Assembly (NCBI RefSeq): GCF_001194135.2 | Contig: NC_068984.1 | Location: 123,316,585 to 123,380,584, forward strand | Origin: Octopus bimaculoides | Taxonomy: Eukaryota | Length of the DNA: 64,000 nucleotides | Reading direction: 5' to 3' | In this document: one piece after another, positions 26,410 through 38,888 of the stretch | Layout: every line of letters starts with the position of its first letter | Numbering within the stretch: the first letter of the stretch is position 1 | Program-made: the position numbers and the translations under genes | Notes under the pieces: model-generated | Databases searched by the model: none | Seen by the model: only the letters and a program-made list of their open reading frames with translations | What the model was told of the DNA's origin: nothing

Positions 26410-27520
26410 TTATTATGAGTTATCAGTGAAAGTTATTTACATGGAGTTTCTATAATGAGGTTTACCGTAGTTTGTTACAGAGTTGTGTCAGTTAGAAGTA
26501 AAATACTGAGACATCTAAGCAGTCATTACCAGTTATCTGTTATAGGATCGAATAGTGCCAGATTTTACCTATAGCAGTCATGGGAAAGCTGCGGCTTGCA
26601 TGACTTTCTGAATGGCACGCCTAATTTACCTTAAGTTTTTTCTTTGTAGTGTGATCCACCTAATGCCGAGCCATGTCTCATGCAGCCCGCTTCTCGAAAA
26701 AGCCAATAGGCTTGACAGGCTTGACAGGCTGATTAAGGCCCCCAAATCTCCTCGAGCTTCCAGCCAAGGATATAATATTTCTGACTCTGTGATAGGACTT
26801 TTGAAAGGGGACTTCTCAAATGAAATCATATTGAGCCTTTCTTCATCTAAACACAGTACGGGAGTTGAGCCATGTTAACTGAAATACTGCGACGTCTAAA
26901 TTTAAATTGGTAGATGCTTATAATAAAGTTGAACCATACATAACAAAATAGTGAGGGATTTAAACATTCGTTATAAGGAATTTGTTACAGAGTTGAGCCA
27001 TGCATAATAAAATACTGAGGCATCTAAATATTTACCGTGAAGTGTTTGTTGTAGAGTTGAGCTAGGCACAGCAAAGCAGCGATACACCTAAATATTAATT
27101 TCAGGGTTTTTTTTTAAAGTTGAGCCACTCAATAAAGAGCCTCTATCAAATATTTTTGACATTTTCATAGCCCTTTTTGGGAGGGACGTGGAATAACCTA
27201 AATGAAATAGCCAAAGGCCTCTCTTCACGTAAATCTGGCAAAAGGGTTAAGCCATGCACAATAAAAATAGCGAAACATCTAAACACTCATTATCGGGTGT
27301 TTGTAGTAGATTTGAGCGACACAGTAAAATACCAACTCATCTTCATATTCATTAGTAAGTGTTTGTTGTAGAGCCAAATATCTGTTGAAGCCAAATATCT
27401 GTTGAAGCCAAATATCTGTTGAAGCCAAATATCGTCACATCTAGGCATTCGTTACAAGGTATTTGTTACAGAGTTGAATCAGTGGGAAGCTAAATACTGA
27501 TACATATAAACATTAATTAT
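26410..27520. repeat. Degenerate ~64-bp tandem array with a nested 17-bp repeat (27372-27433)
   Basis: agttgagcc-like anchors at 26863, 26927, 26991, 27055, 27118, ~27246 and 27310. Confidence 0.8.
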
Positions 27521-27834
27521 CGATGTCAACCAGGAATGATCGTTAAAGAATGATAGTACACCTTTGAAGTGTTTCTATTATAACTGGATCAGATCAATAG
27601 CTGGAAGTCAGCTTAGTGCTTGACCACACGAAGAACTCATCGATTTTGTAATACTGACGCTGCTTACAGTTCTTTGGAATCTGCTTCCAGTCAGGTTGAC
27701 TGGGTTGCTGAGAGCTAACTGTCTTGCTTATAGACATAGCATAATGAAGTAAACTACAATATCATATACAAGGTTTGTAACGAAAGTAATGCAAACGTCG
27801 GTATAATTTGAAAAATAAAACAAANNNNNNNNNN

Positions 27835-27863
<29 letters not shown>

Positions 27864-27865
<2 letters not shown>

Positions 27866-28840
27866 GCTCATTTAAACTGCGTGTGTTAGTAGAGTAACTC
27901 TTCCTCTATACAAAGATTCCATTGAACCCATCTCTGGAATCCTCTTTGTAATAACTCAGGTGTGCATTGTTGTATCCATTTCCTCAAGTCAACTTCCATC
28001 TTGTCTCTGTCATCAAATCGTTGTCCTCGAAGACTACTGACCAGCCCAGTCTGCCGAATGTCCGATTTGTTGCCAAAATGTGTGTGGTAGCGCATTGTCA
28101 TGGTGAATGTGGATCGTTTTCGGATTCCTGTTAAGTCTCTTTCTCTTAACGGCTTATATAAGTTTTTTGAGTGTCTCAATGTGCTACTCGCTGTTCCCGA
28201 TACGGCCATGTCCCAGAAAATTAAAGAGAATGACGCCCTTTTCATCCCACAAAATAATCATCCTGACTTTCTGCACCGATCGCTGGCTTTTGAACTTCTT
28301 AGGCTTTGGAGGAGTGTGTGACGCCACTGCATAGACCGTTCCTTAGTTTTTGGATCATAAAAATATGTTCGCGTTTCATTTCACATCACTAGGTTGGAGA
28401 AATGTGTCTTCATCGTTTCAAACGATAATAGCAAAGATCGGAGTAAGGCTTCAACGCACTTTGCACACACTTCCCATTGCAACCCCAGTCTAGCTGCGCA
28501 GCAAGCTCACGGATTGCGCAACTCGTCTGCCCGCACGAATCGATTCGTCCACACGCTGGTGATTCGTATTTGGCGGTCATAGTTGATTGTCTCCCTTCGC
28601 GTAGTTTGTCTTCAATGCTAGTTTTGTATTTTTTAAACTTTTTTCATCCATATAAGTATGTGGGCTCTTGTCAGTGCTGTTATCTCCGTAAACAAATTCT
28701 AAAGCATTCTGTAGTTGTCAGAAGCTCCTCTTTCGTCAAAGACTCTGCTAAGAAGTTATTTGCCGGCAGTGAAAGAACAGGAAGAAGATTTACTATAAAG
28801 GAAGAGTTACCCTATTGACACGTGCGATTTGAATAACCTA
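27864..28840 (-). mobile_element. Internally deleted mariner transposon with ~47-bp imperfect TIRs
   Basis: Fragments KKFKKYKTSIEDKLREGRQST, YDPKTKERSMQWRH, WDEKGVIL, HHDNALPH, LRGQRFDD..GFQRWVQW; TIRs at 27864-27910 and 28794-28840 ending in TA. Confidence 0.9.
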
Positions 28841-28893
28841 TGTCTATTAATAAAAAATTTATGTCCATTTTCGCATTCCTTTCGGTACAACGT

Positions 28894-28949
<56 letters not shown>

Positions 28950-29298
28950 GTATAAAGCCCGACAGTCTTCCATACAGTTTGCTCGGCTCAAGGCCATAGC
29001 AGAAGATACCCAAAGTATCGCACAATGTTGCTGAAACCGAAATCGCACAAACATGCTTTCCCTTTTACAAAATAGAATAACTTGTATCTCACACCTGAGA
29101 CGATTTTAACTGAATTATCGATCTCATCACCAATACAAAAAAACTCCTTTGATGATAAAGTATTCAAAGGTTCAGCTGGTAACACGTGTTTCTACCACAA
29201 TGGTTATCATCAGTACATAATTACATTACCTTGTCTCCAGCAGAAGATGTATTCAGTCATACACAGAAAGAATAGAGCATATTTATAACATAGGTAAG

Positions 29299-29332
<34 letters not shown>

Positions 29333-29634
29333 CACGGAGAGAGAACGTTAAAAGAGTATATGAAAAATATTGTTCAATTCCATTAAATTTAAGCCTATAT
29401 ATATATATATATTAATTGACGATTCCCTGCCCTTATNNNNNNNNNNNNNNNNNNNNNNNNNNNNNNNNNNNNNNNNNNNNNNNNNNNNNNNNNNNNNNNN
29501 NNNNNNNNNNNNNNNNNNNNNNNNNNNNNNNNNNNNNNNNNNNNNNNNNNNNNNNNNNNNNNNNNNNNNNNNNNNNNNNNNNNNNNNNNNNNNNNNNNNN
29601 NNNNNNNNNNNNNNNNNNNNNNNNNNNNNNNNNN

Positions 29635-29668
<34 letters not shown>

Positions 29669-30239
29669 AAAATAAGACAAGGTACAAAATGCTAAAATAA
29701 TTTTATAAAATTAATTTAGCATTTTCTACCTTGTCTTATTTTCCTTATACACATCAACTCGTGTGTTACTTTTCTACCTTCTGCACACACACACACACAC
29801 ACACAAACACACACACCTTATAAAAGAAAATAAATGCAAATTTGTAAATGTTTTCTTTTTATTGCAAGATTTTCAGAAGATATGAAATTGTTGAAATATT
29901 AGAGTTTATTTGCAATTATTATTCAGTTTTGCTTATATTGAATTTTATCTTTCTTTTCATATAAATTTCAGTATTCTGCTGAATATACATTTGAATATGG
30001 AACGATATGAAACTATAAATAAAACATTTATAAAAACATACAATGAACTATTTAATATGATGGCCATAACTTTTAAGTAACAACAGAACAAAAAATATCC
30101 ACCGTTATCAGGAAAATACAAAAGCAAGAATTGAATTTTGAACAATCTATAATGTAAAGCATACTGAAAAAAGAGGAAGCTAATATAATTTAATAAATCA
30201 TGGTAATATTCTCCTGTTGGCCATTGCTTGAAAATGTTT

Positions 30240-31960
30240 ATCACTTCTCCATTATCAAAATGAATGTCTTTCTCTGTCTTTCTCAATGCATAATAGTACG
30301 AAAACAGAGAGTTTCTCTTCTCCACACAGGCTCTGCAGTATATATTTATCTAACTCGAGCTCTGAAGAGAGTGTTCCATAGTTGCTGTTGTTACTGGAGG
30401 TGTTGCATAAAATTTAAGCTGCTTATTATTAACTAGGAAGACAAAATTAACATAGTTTTTCTAGATACATCTGAAAGTGAATTTCAGATTAGTTTTTGGC
30501 AGTGACCAAAATGAATGAAATATCCTTAACCATTTGGCTTTCAGATTTAATACAGTTTGGTTTGCATTGTTTTGAATTAATCATGCATTATCTTGTAACT
30601 ATGATATTGTAATGATGTGATTGTATGTTTTTAGAATTACATTGTAGGGTACGTGTAAGATTTTGACAGTTTAAGCACAAAATAGGTAGATATTTAGGCC
30701 GGATATGGCCATTTTAAACGCTAAAGGGTTAATCCTATCAACAGTTTCTCAACTTCTCTACGATCCACAGAGTTTGTAGAAAATATTTAGATCTTGAACT
30801 TTACTAGATGTTACCGAGTCGCCATTTCCTTTCACCTTGTTGACTCAATTAGGCCACAGGGAATCTTCAGGAATTACTGGCCTAATCTTTATTCTTTCAT
30901 TTAAATCTATCCTTAATTTCTAGCACAAGTGTATCTAGAACCGTATGATACTTTCACACCGTAGGACTCCTTCAAACTCTGCGACGGTTGATCTGTTGTT
31001 ACAGACATAGAGCTTTCCTTGAACCTCGCTAGTGATTTCCTCGATCTGCACTGACCATGATTTTTTTCTCTGATACCTCCGTATCTACATCTTGTTAGCG
31101 TTACATTCTGTTGTTTCTTTCTAGCGATTGCAACCCACTTGTGTTTCATCACCGTGCAAGGAATTTACGTTTTCATTAGCTTTTATGTTGTGTATCTCTG
31201 CCGATAAAATCAATGTAGTTGAATGTTCTATATCCATTTTTTGGTTGCGAAAGTTTCCAAAGTATAGCATCTGATATGGAATAGTGTTCAACCCGAAATT
31301 GATGACCAACAAAGCCAACCTTGCGTTGAGCAACAACAGTAGAGGTGGGTAGAATGCGTCCACAAACCTCTTCTTTGATTTTGCCTCGCGTCTTGAGATT
31401 TTTGGTGCGTGTACAATCAGGGTGATCTTGTAGCGAGGTTACAAACGAAGCGTACCACTTATTTGATATTGAAACGAAACTATAATTTTCTACTATTTTA
31501 ATGAATGAGATGAAACTATTTTAATGAATGAGACGAAATGGTGAGTTCAGTCTGCACTTTCTCCAAGCACAAGGTTCGAGCAGTGTTTATGACAGTGAGC
31601 ATATCAAGCATTTTTATGAAGATTCTCTTTTGTTAGCATCTCTGACACCTTTTGCTTTTTATTAATGAGGCATTTATTTCCAAACAGCCAGGGCCTTTCC
31701 TTCAAGTTCGTCACCTCTTGTAGACCATACATCACACGTTTCAATGAAATGCTCTTTGATTTCATTATAAAACATAAAGCATATGCATATAGAAGACAGT
31801 TTAGTGTGAGAAACATCTGTAGTTTCATCCATTAAAAAAGTGAATATAATGTTGCTGTTTTGGTGTCTTTCAGTATTGATTTTCTGACACAAGTAAACAA
31901 AATCTTGATTGTGTGATTCTGAATACGGTTTGAGAGCACTGGCAGCTGTGGTTTCTTTTT
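30240..31960 (-). pseudogene. Decayed hAT (ZMYM1/DUF4371-type) transposase
   Basis: FTFLMDETTDVSH..EIKEHFI, YAHCHKHCSNLVL (CxxH), TPPVTTATMEHS and EKLSVFVLLCIEKD (C-terminal dimerization domain), with stops and frameshifts. Confidence 0.85.
30526..30732. mobile_element. piggyBac-type MITE
   Basis: TTAA at both ends (30526-30529, 30729-30732); imperfect TIRs CCATTTGGC / GCTAAAGGG. Confidence 0.75.
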
Positions 31961-32751
31961 TAGAATAGGTGCACTGTACAACAAACTAAATGGTTCTTGG
32001 TGGCATTGTTGTATTTAGTAAATAGTCCAGTTCAAGGAAGTTTCCTATATTTTAGCTTGCTTGATACTCCCTTAACAGAGAAGGAAAATAATAACCAGCA
32101 TAATAGACCGCTTCTTACAAATTAACATGAACACCAGACAATTTCATTATACTTTAACAGATACAACCCTATTTCAGTCATTTTTCTTCATACATTTACG
32201 TATGATATACTTCTGATCTTCCTGTGAAAACATGTGGCCTTGTGGTTTAGGTTTTCGGTATACGATCATAAGATCGTGGGTTCAGTTCCTAGACTGAGGG
32301 GCGTGTTGTGTCCTTGAGCAAGGCACTTAATTTATCGTTGCTCTAGTCTATTTAGATTTAAATGAGAACCAGCCGGGTACTGGTGCCACCCACTCTGCCT
32401 CCTGCTGTCACGTCCTGGATTTTCACTGAATAAAGGTTGACAAAATCAAAAGAGCATCTAAGTCCACTCGCGATTACATCAGCGCCCAAAAACAATTGTC
32501 GAAGTCATAGTACATGCTACTAAATCTGGTCGCATGGTTGTAGTGTCTCTGTATTTGAACTTACAGCTTGTCTTGTTCTATTTCTCAGATACACAGTTCT
32601 TAACGGACGAATTTAAATATATTTTGAGGTATTGATAATGTCGAAAAAAGGAAAACGTTCTCTTTATTGCTAGGATGAATTGTATGTTTAGAATTTTGTT
32701 TTGGAAGAAGTAGCATTTATTTTCATTATAAAAACTTACGCATATATTATA

Positions 32752-32961
32752 ACTCTTTACTCTTTTACTTGTTTCAGTCATTTGACTGCGGCCATGCTGG
32801 AGCACCGCCTTTAGTCGAGGAAATCGACCCCGGGACTTATTCTTTGTAAGCCTAGTACTTATTCTATCGCTCTCTTTTGCCGAACCGCTAAGTGACGGGG
32901 ACATAAACACACCAGCATCGGTTGTCAAGCAATGCTAAGGGGGACAAACACAGACACACAA

Positions 32962-33004
<43 letters not shown>

Positions 33005-33173
33005 CATATATACGACGGGCTTCTTTCAGTTTCCGTCTACAAATCCACTCACAAGGCTTTGGTCGGCCCGGGGCTATAGTAGAAGACACTTACCCAAGGT
33101 GCCACGCAGTGGGACAGAACCCGGGACCATGTGGTTGGTTAGCAAGCTACTTACCACACAGCCACTCCTGCAC
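32752..33173 (-). mobile_element. Full-length SINE family D with internal (CA)/(TA) microsatellite
   Basis: Head gtggctgtgtggtaag, microsatellite, then tail ending gactgaaacaagtaaaaga. Confidence 0.9.
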
Positions 33174-33452
33174 CTATAAATTAATTCAAATTTTAATCAA
33201 TCAAGCCTTTCTATGCATTGAGAAAGATAGAGGTAAATATTGGAGTCATGCTTAAATCAGTTTAAGGGCAGTTAGGAGCAAAGCTCTTGACTGTAGGATT
33301 TGATCTCAGAACGTATAATGAACTGGAAGAAACCCTGCAAATCATTTCTTCCACACTCTAACGATTCTATCAGCTAATTATATTGGGTTATCAGATAAAT
33401 TCGTTCGTCCCCACCGCCATGTTAATCCTTTCCAATATTATTTGACCTGCCG

Positions 33453-33750
33453 CGGAGGCGCATGATTTAGGGGTTAGGGCTATTCAGCTTACGATCATAA
33501 GGTTGTGTTCTTGAGCAAGACACTTTATTTCACGTTGCTCCTGTCCACCCAGCTAGTAAAAATGAATAGCATCTACAATTCAAAGGGCCAGCTTTGTCAC
33601 ATTCTGTGTCATGATGAATCTCCCCGTGAACTATGTTAAGGGCATGCGTGTCTGTGGAGTGCTCAACCACTTGCACGTTAATTTCGCGGGCATGCTGCTC
33701 TGTTGATCGGATCAACCGAAACCCTCGTCATCGCAACCGACGGAGTGTCA
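33453..33750 (+). mobile_element. CORE-type SINE with the family A tail
   Basis: CORE body followed by aattcaaagggcc...gttgatcggatcaac...cgacggagtg. Confidence 0.8.
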
Positions 33751-35047
33751 GTTTTTATTCGAATTGACGCGAAGAATTATTTTTATCGTAGCGTTTTATG
33801 TCTTTTAGTAGTTTTATTCTTCCTCTACAAGTTTTGTTTATCGCTTTTGAAATTTGAATAAATTTTGCCTCTTTTTTCAAACATGACGATGGAATATCAA
33901 GTCGAAAGAAAAAAAAAAGCAACAACAGAAAGCGTAAAAAGAAACGAACGAATTTATCCGACAACAATACATCTATTCAGATAGTTTACATTACACATAT
34001 TTCAGTAACTGGTTTGCTTTGTTATTCAAAAAATAATCTGAAGCCAAATTCTTACTTAGTCGAACCGCCTTTGTGTGAAAAATAATGATTTGTAACAGAA
34101 GTACAAAGCGAGGCATGCCGAAGAATAAAGAGTTAGAAGTGCATCTAAGATAAAAGATTCAACCGTAATTGTCACATTTGCGAAAATATTGCGTCATTGT
34201 ATAATAAATAATCTGAGTATTTTATTATTTATTATTATTCCCTTTTAATGTCATTTATATTGTATATAAAAATAAATTTCGCATTAAAATCTGAAGGTTA
34301 TGACGTACTGTTTCATACAATATTAATTAAAAATACATTAATTTTAATATGAACATTTAAGTTTCTGAATCAGGGACATTTTTACATATTGATTTAGTTA
34401 TTGTGGAATCAGTAGGCGGAAGAAAAAAGAAAAATAACAACAATAAAAACACGTGCTAGTAATTCTATTAAATTCTGTTGAAATACATTTTTGAATTTTG
34501 TCTAAAAGAACATGTTTGACATGATGAAGACAAAACAGCAGAAACATATCTCAAGCCTCTATTCTTGTTCACGTCTTTGCGTTTTATGAAAAATACTCAG
34601 TAAAGAATTGATAAAATGTACGACTTTACCAGCAGACAGGCGTTCTGAATATTTGAATTCGGCCATTAATGATTATTTCGTCTCACTAATTCAAGAGAAA
34701 ACTTAAGGTCTGAGAATCGAATATTTCTATACTGTATATTCGCTATGTGTATTTTTACGGAGCTTCACTGAGTCCATATTTCGTTTTTTATGTTTGTGTG
34801 TATGTGTGCATTTTAGAATAGAAGCAGCTTATGAAGAAAAAGTTCCATATGTGGCTTGTCTGTTTTCCTATGTGTTCATTCTGTTGTCCGTAAAACAAAG
34901 TACGTTTTTTGTGCTTTGTTTATGTTCCCGTTCCTTTTTTGTCCACGTTTTTTGACGTCCTGTACCCGGATATGCATCTATATATACATGTAGATGTAGG
35001 TATGTACATATATGTATGTATACATGCATATGCTCATATATCATTTG

Positions 35048-35092
<45 letters not shown>

Positions 35093-35436
35093 TACATATA
35101 TTTACACAGACATATGTATAAGTATATATATCTATATGTGTGTGTGCTATATACACACACGTAAATATGTGTATACACATACACACATATGGTTTTGTTA
35201 AGGCGTAGTAATACTAATGACTTGTTGTTAGAACTCCATATACATATGTTTCAGATTTAAATGCATTCCAAAATAAATATCGACTTAATTTTGAAGGCTG
35301 CTGGCAATCTATGTGACGATGCACAAGCACTCAACTCTGATGGCACTGCTTCTTATAAAAGAAACATCTGTAAACTAATGAAGTTGATTTGGTAATTCAT
35401 GCTTCCTTATCTTCCAATATATATGTATATACATAC

Positions 35437-35509
<73 letters not shown>

Positions 35510-35516
<7 letters not shown>

Positions 35517-35920
35517 ATGGAGGTGGAAATAGCACAGAAGTAAGTCTAAGACATTTCAATTTAAGAGGGAATTTAATAAAAATGATTTTAAAAATTATAT
35601 AAGGAAAATATTATTGGTTTCGATGAATCTCATTTGTTTGCTTCAAATTTTAATAAATTTTTACTCATATTTGATAAGATGAGATTCATCGAAACCGGTA
35701 ATATTTATATGATTTTTATATGATTTTATATGATTTTTTATATGATTTTATATGATTTTTTATATGATTTTATATGAGTTTTTTAAAAATGATTTTATAT
35801 GATTTTTATATAATTTTATATGATTTTTTATATGATTTTAAAAATCAATTTTATTATATTCCCTCTTAAACTGAAGTGTCTTAGACTTACTTCTGTGCCA
35901 TTTCCACCTCCATCTTTTGT
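35510..35920. mobile_element. ~410-bp foldback: head-to-head inverted Penelope-like terminal repeats
   Basis: Outer arms 35510-~35600 and ~35829-35920, inner arms 35607-35632 and 35679-35706; tatgatttt expansion in the right arm; contains a hammerhead motif. Confidence 0.75.
35667..35704 (+). ncRNA. Minimal type I hammerhead ribozyme motif (U3:A8 variant, palindromic stem III)
   Basis: ATAT-TTGATAA-GATG AGATT CATC-GAAA-CCGG-TA-ATAT; all three stems can pair; predicted cleavage after A35700. Confidence 0.65.
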
Positions 35921-35963
35921 ATATAAAATTCTGATTTGTATAGATCTCTAATCTTGTTTCAAC

Positions 35964-36142
35964 TATCGCTAGCTCCAAAAGTTTTTTTTATTCTCTCTTT
36001 GTTTATTTTATCGTGTTCCTTTCTGTTGAAGAGCGTAGGCTCAAAACGTAAAAAACTTTCTTACCTTCCCGAGCGTTAAACTAATACACCTGTTTGTTGA
36101 TTATACACCTGTCTTCGTTTTTTATTTTTCTGTAAATTTCAA

Positions 36143-36145
<3 letters not shown>
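35964..36145 (+). mobile_element. Penelope-like pseudo-LTR copy 1 (hammerhead degenerate, G12A)
   Basis: Direct repeat of 36872-37060. Confidence 0.75.
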
Positions 36146-36184
<39 letters not shown>

Positions 36185-36204
36185 ACACACACACACACAA
36201 ATAT

Positions 36205-36870
36205 ATGGGAACGAGAATAGGCCCCAACTATGCGAACCTGTCCGTTGGTTACGTTGAGGCCCAAATATTCTGAAGTTTCACTGGTCCCACTCCTGAACTA
36301 TACGGTCGCTATATTGACGACTGTATCGGTGCGACCTCACTCTCCCACGAACTTTTAGACTCCTTCCTCTCTTTTGTCAAATCTTTCCATTCTACCTTCC
36401 ACTTCTCCTGCACTATTTCCAACACCTCAGTCGCCTTTCTCGACATTTCGGTCAGCATTCCTCACTCCACTCTCACCACCTCTATCCACTACAAACACAC
36501 AGACTCACACTCATACCTCCTCCATCTATCCTAAACACACCACGCTCTTCATCCCCTATTCCCAAATCCTCCGTCTACGCAGGGTCTGTAGTGACAACCA
36601 CGACTTTGAGACTCACTCTTAACTCATGGTTCGCCACTTCATCCTACGTGGATATCCCCTCACCACTATCCACACCGCCCTTGCCAGAGCATGTTCCGTG
36701 GACCGTGCATCTGCTCTCTCCCCCATGCACCCACCCCACCATCACCCGTTTTCCCTTCCCTTCACCTACCACCCCACCACCTTATTTCTCCAATGCACCA
36801 TTCTCCGAGCCTTCCGCTATATTATCTCCCCTTCTTCCTAGCTCTCCTGTGTGACCCCTCTGTCCGGCAT
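36205..36870 (+). pseudogene. Penelope-like element reverse transcriptase fragment
   Basis: MGTRIGPNYANLSVGYVE..YGRYIDDCIG..FLDISV..YKHTDSHSYL..IPYSQILRLRRVCS..RGYP; one stop and a deletion. Confidence 0.93.
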
Positions 36871-36871
36871 T

Positions 36872-37056
36872 CGCCATGATAGATCGATAGCCACTAAAAC
36901 TTTTCTGTTTTCTATCCGTGTTTATTTCTGTGTTCCTTTCTGTCGAAGAGCGTAGGCTCGAAACGTAAAATACTTTCTCACTTCCTGAGCGTTAAACTAA
37001 TACATCTGTTTGTTGTCTACACCACCTGTCTTCGTCTTTTGTTTTTGTATAAACTC

Positions 37057-37060
<4 letters not shown>
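36872..37060 (+). mobile_element. Penelope-like pseudo-LTR copy 2 with minimal hammerhead-like motif (36937-36970)
   Basis: TTT-CTGTCGA-A-GAGC GTAG GCTC-GAAA-CG-TA-AAA; ends in (TA)n. Confidence 0.75.
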
Positions 37061-37107
<47 letters not shown>

Positions 37108-37968
37108 ACATTCATACATATATCAGTTAATATACACACTGACATGCATAATTTGTTCTCATTTTGGTATAAGGCCATTAATTTTGTGAGGAGGGAGCAA
37201 ATCAATTACATGTCAAAACATTAGACTAGCTACAGTAAACAAATCAACAGCAGTTGCTTGAAATAACAGTGAAAACATTAAAATATACACGAGTAAAGTT
37301 AACATTAAAACTTTCGCGAGCAAATTAAATATTTAAAAGCTACGAACAAGCCAACAGGAGTTGCTAGAAATAACAGTCAAAACATTGTTTAAAACATATT
37401 TATTAGTTTAAAAAATTCAAGAACGAGAGTTTGCAATACACTCTAGGATTTTATAAAATAAATTATCTTTCTCATATCTCCTTCTCCACACAAATTAACA
37501 AAAATAGGAGTCAACCACGGAACGGTGTATCCCACACCGTTCTGTTTCGCTAAAATACACAAATTTTGCAAATTTTAAAGGCTAATTACTTTTAATTATG
37601 GATCTATAGGAAAAATGAATTTCATTTTCATTATTGGTATACAAAGCTTATTCCATATATCAAATTTGAAAACAATTGGAACGAAGTTGTAAACAGTGAC
37701 GAAAACCACAGAGAGCTTGCTAACGATTATGCCAGTTCGCCGCCTAACAAACTCCTACCACACATACTCTCCCACATAAAATATATAACATTTAATATGT
37801 ATTACTATATATAGTATATATTATATAAATTATAAATATAATGATAGAAAGTAAGCACGTGTATCTCCGTCGATTTCAGCTATGACTATTCAATTCTGCT
37901 CCATCGACTAAACTGCCTACTAAATAAATTTCCCTGTAATAAATTTTCCTGCAATAAATTTCCCTGTA

Positions 37969-38288
37969 AAGATATAAAGTTCACAGAAGATATAAATCGT
38001 GAGTGGATACCTATAGAGGTGGGTGATGAGGGCTTAAAACAATTATCATTGCAAACAAACAAATTTCTTTCTTCCGAAGCAAAGTATCTCTTTTGTAAGT
38101 CGTTGACCTCACGTATTATTGGACGTATGAAATGTTGAGTATGAAAGTTCTCACATTTTTATGTAAATTGGCATCAGAGGGTATAGCGAGCTGGAAGAAT
38201 TACTGTTGTGACATATGCGCAAAGCATTATTCATATTCAAATTGAAATTGAAATCAGTGGTGATAATCCCACTGTTGAAATTGATAAG
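37969..38288 (+). repeat. 320-bp inverted duplicate of 39315-39634 (5' part of the Merlin transposase)
   Basis: About 7 mismatches in 320 bp by hand alignment. Confidence 0.95.
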
Positions 38289-38888
38289 TTATGTTGAGAT
38301 AGAATCAGAGTGATAGACAGTGTGCGTGTCAAGGCTGAATCTTGGAATTACTGGTACAGTTCATTCGACATGTTTTTAAACAGTTTGTGTTTACTAGCGT
38401 CGCTCACAAAATTTGAATCTATCCAACAGTAAAAGACACTTGGCAGGATATGTGTGTGTTTGTGTATGTGCGAGTGTGCGTGTGTACATAATATATGCAC
38501 GAACACACGCACACACAAATACACGTGTGCGTGCGTGGGTATGTGTGCGTGTTGAACAAAGCCAAGTTTCAATTAGTACGAATTATAAAATGAAACAATT
38601 GTTCATTTAGTACGAGACTAAAGTCGCTCGAGTAAGAGTGCTTTCCGGATACAAAAATATGAATCTATTCGTGCTTTGTGATTCTGATGACTCAATGACT
38701 CATCCAGTTTGTATTCTCATGACTGTCGTTGTGCGGTAAGTACTGCAGTTATTTTTGAATTTCAAATACAACTGGTATTGTTGTTTCATATAACCCGCCC
38801 CCAGTAAATGCAGAAAGAGAAAAAAATACTTGTTCAGTGCAGTCTTCCATTTCAAAAAGGAAGCGACTAATATACTGGAACTAAAAAT

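Noticed and set aside
26410-27520. CRISPR-like array or LRR-coding repeat
   Set aside because: Eukaryotic context, no unique spacers between identical repeats, 64-bp period not in frame, many stops.
29241-29293. 53-nt plus-strand exon-like segment (ctccag|...ag|GTAAGT)
   Set aside because: Only one frame is open (RRCIQSYTERIEHIYNI), with no recognisable homology or partner exons; cannot be supported without RNA data.
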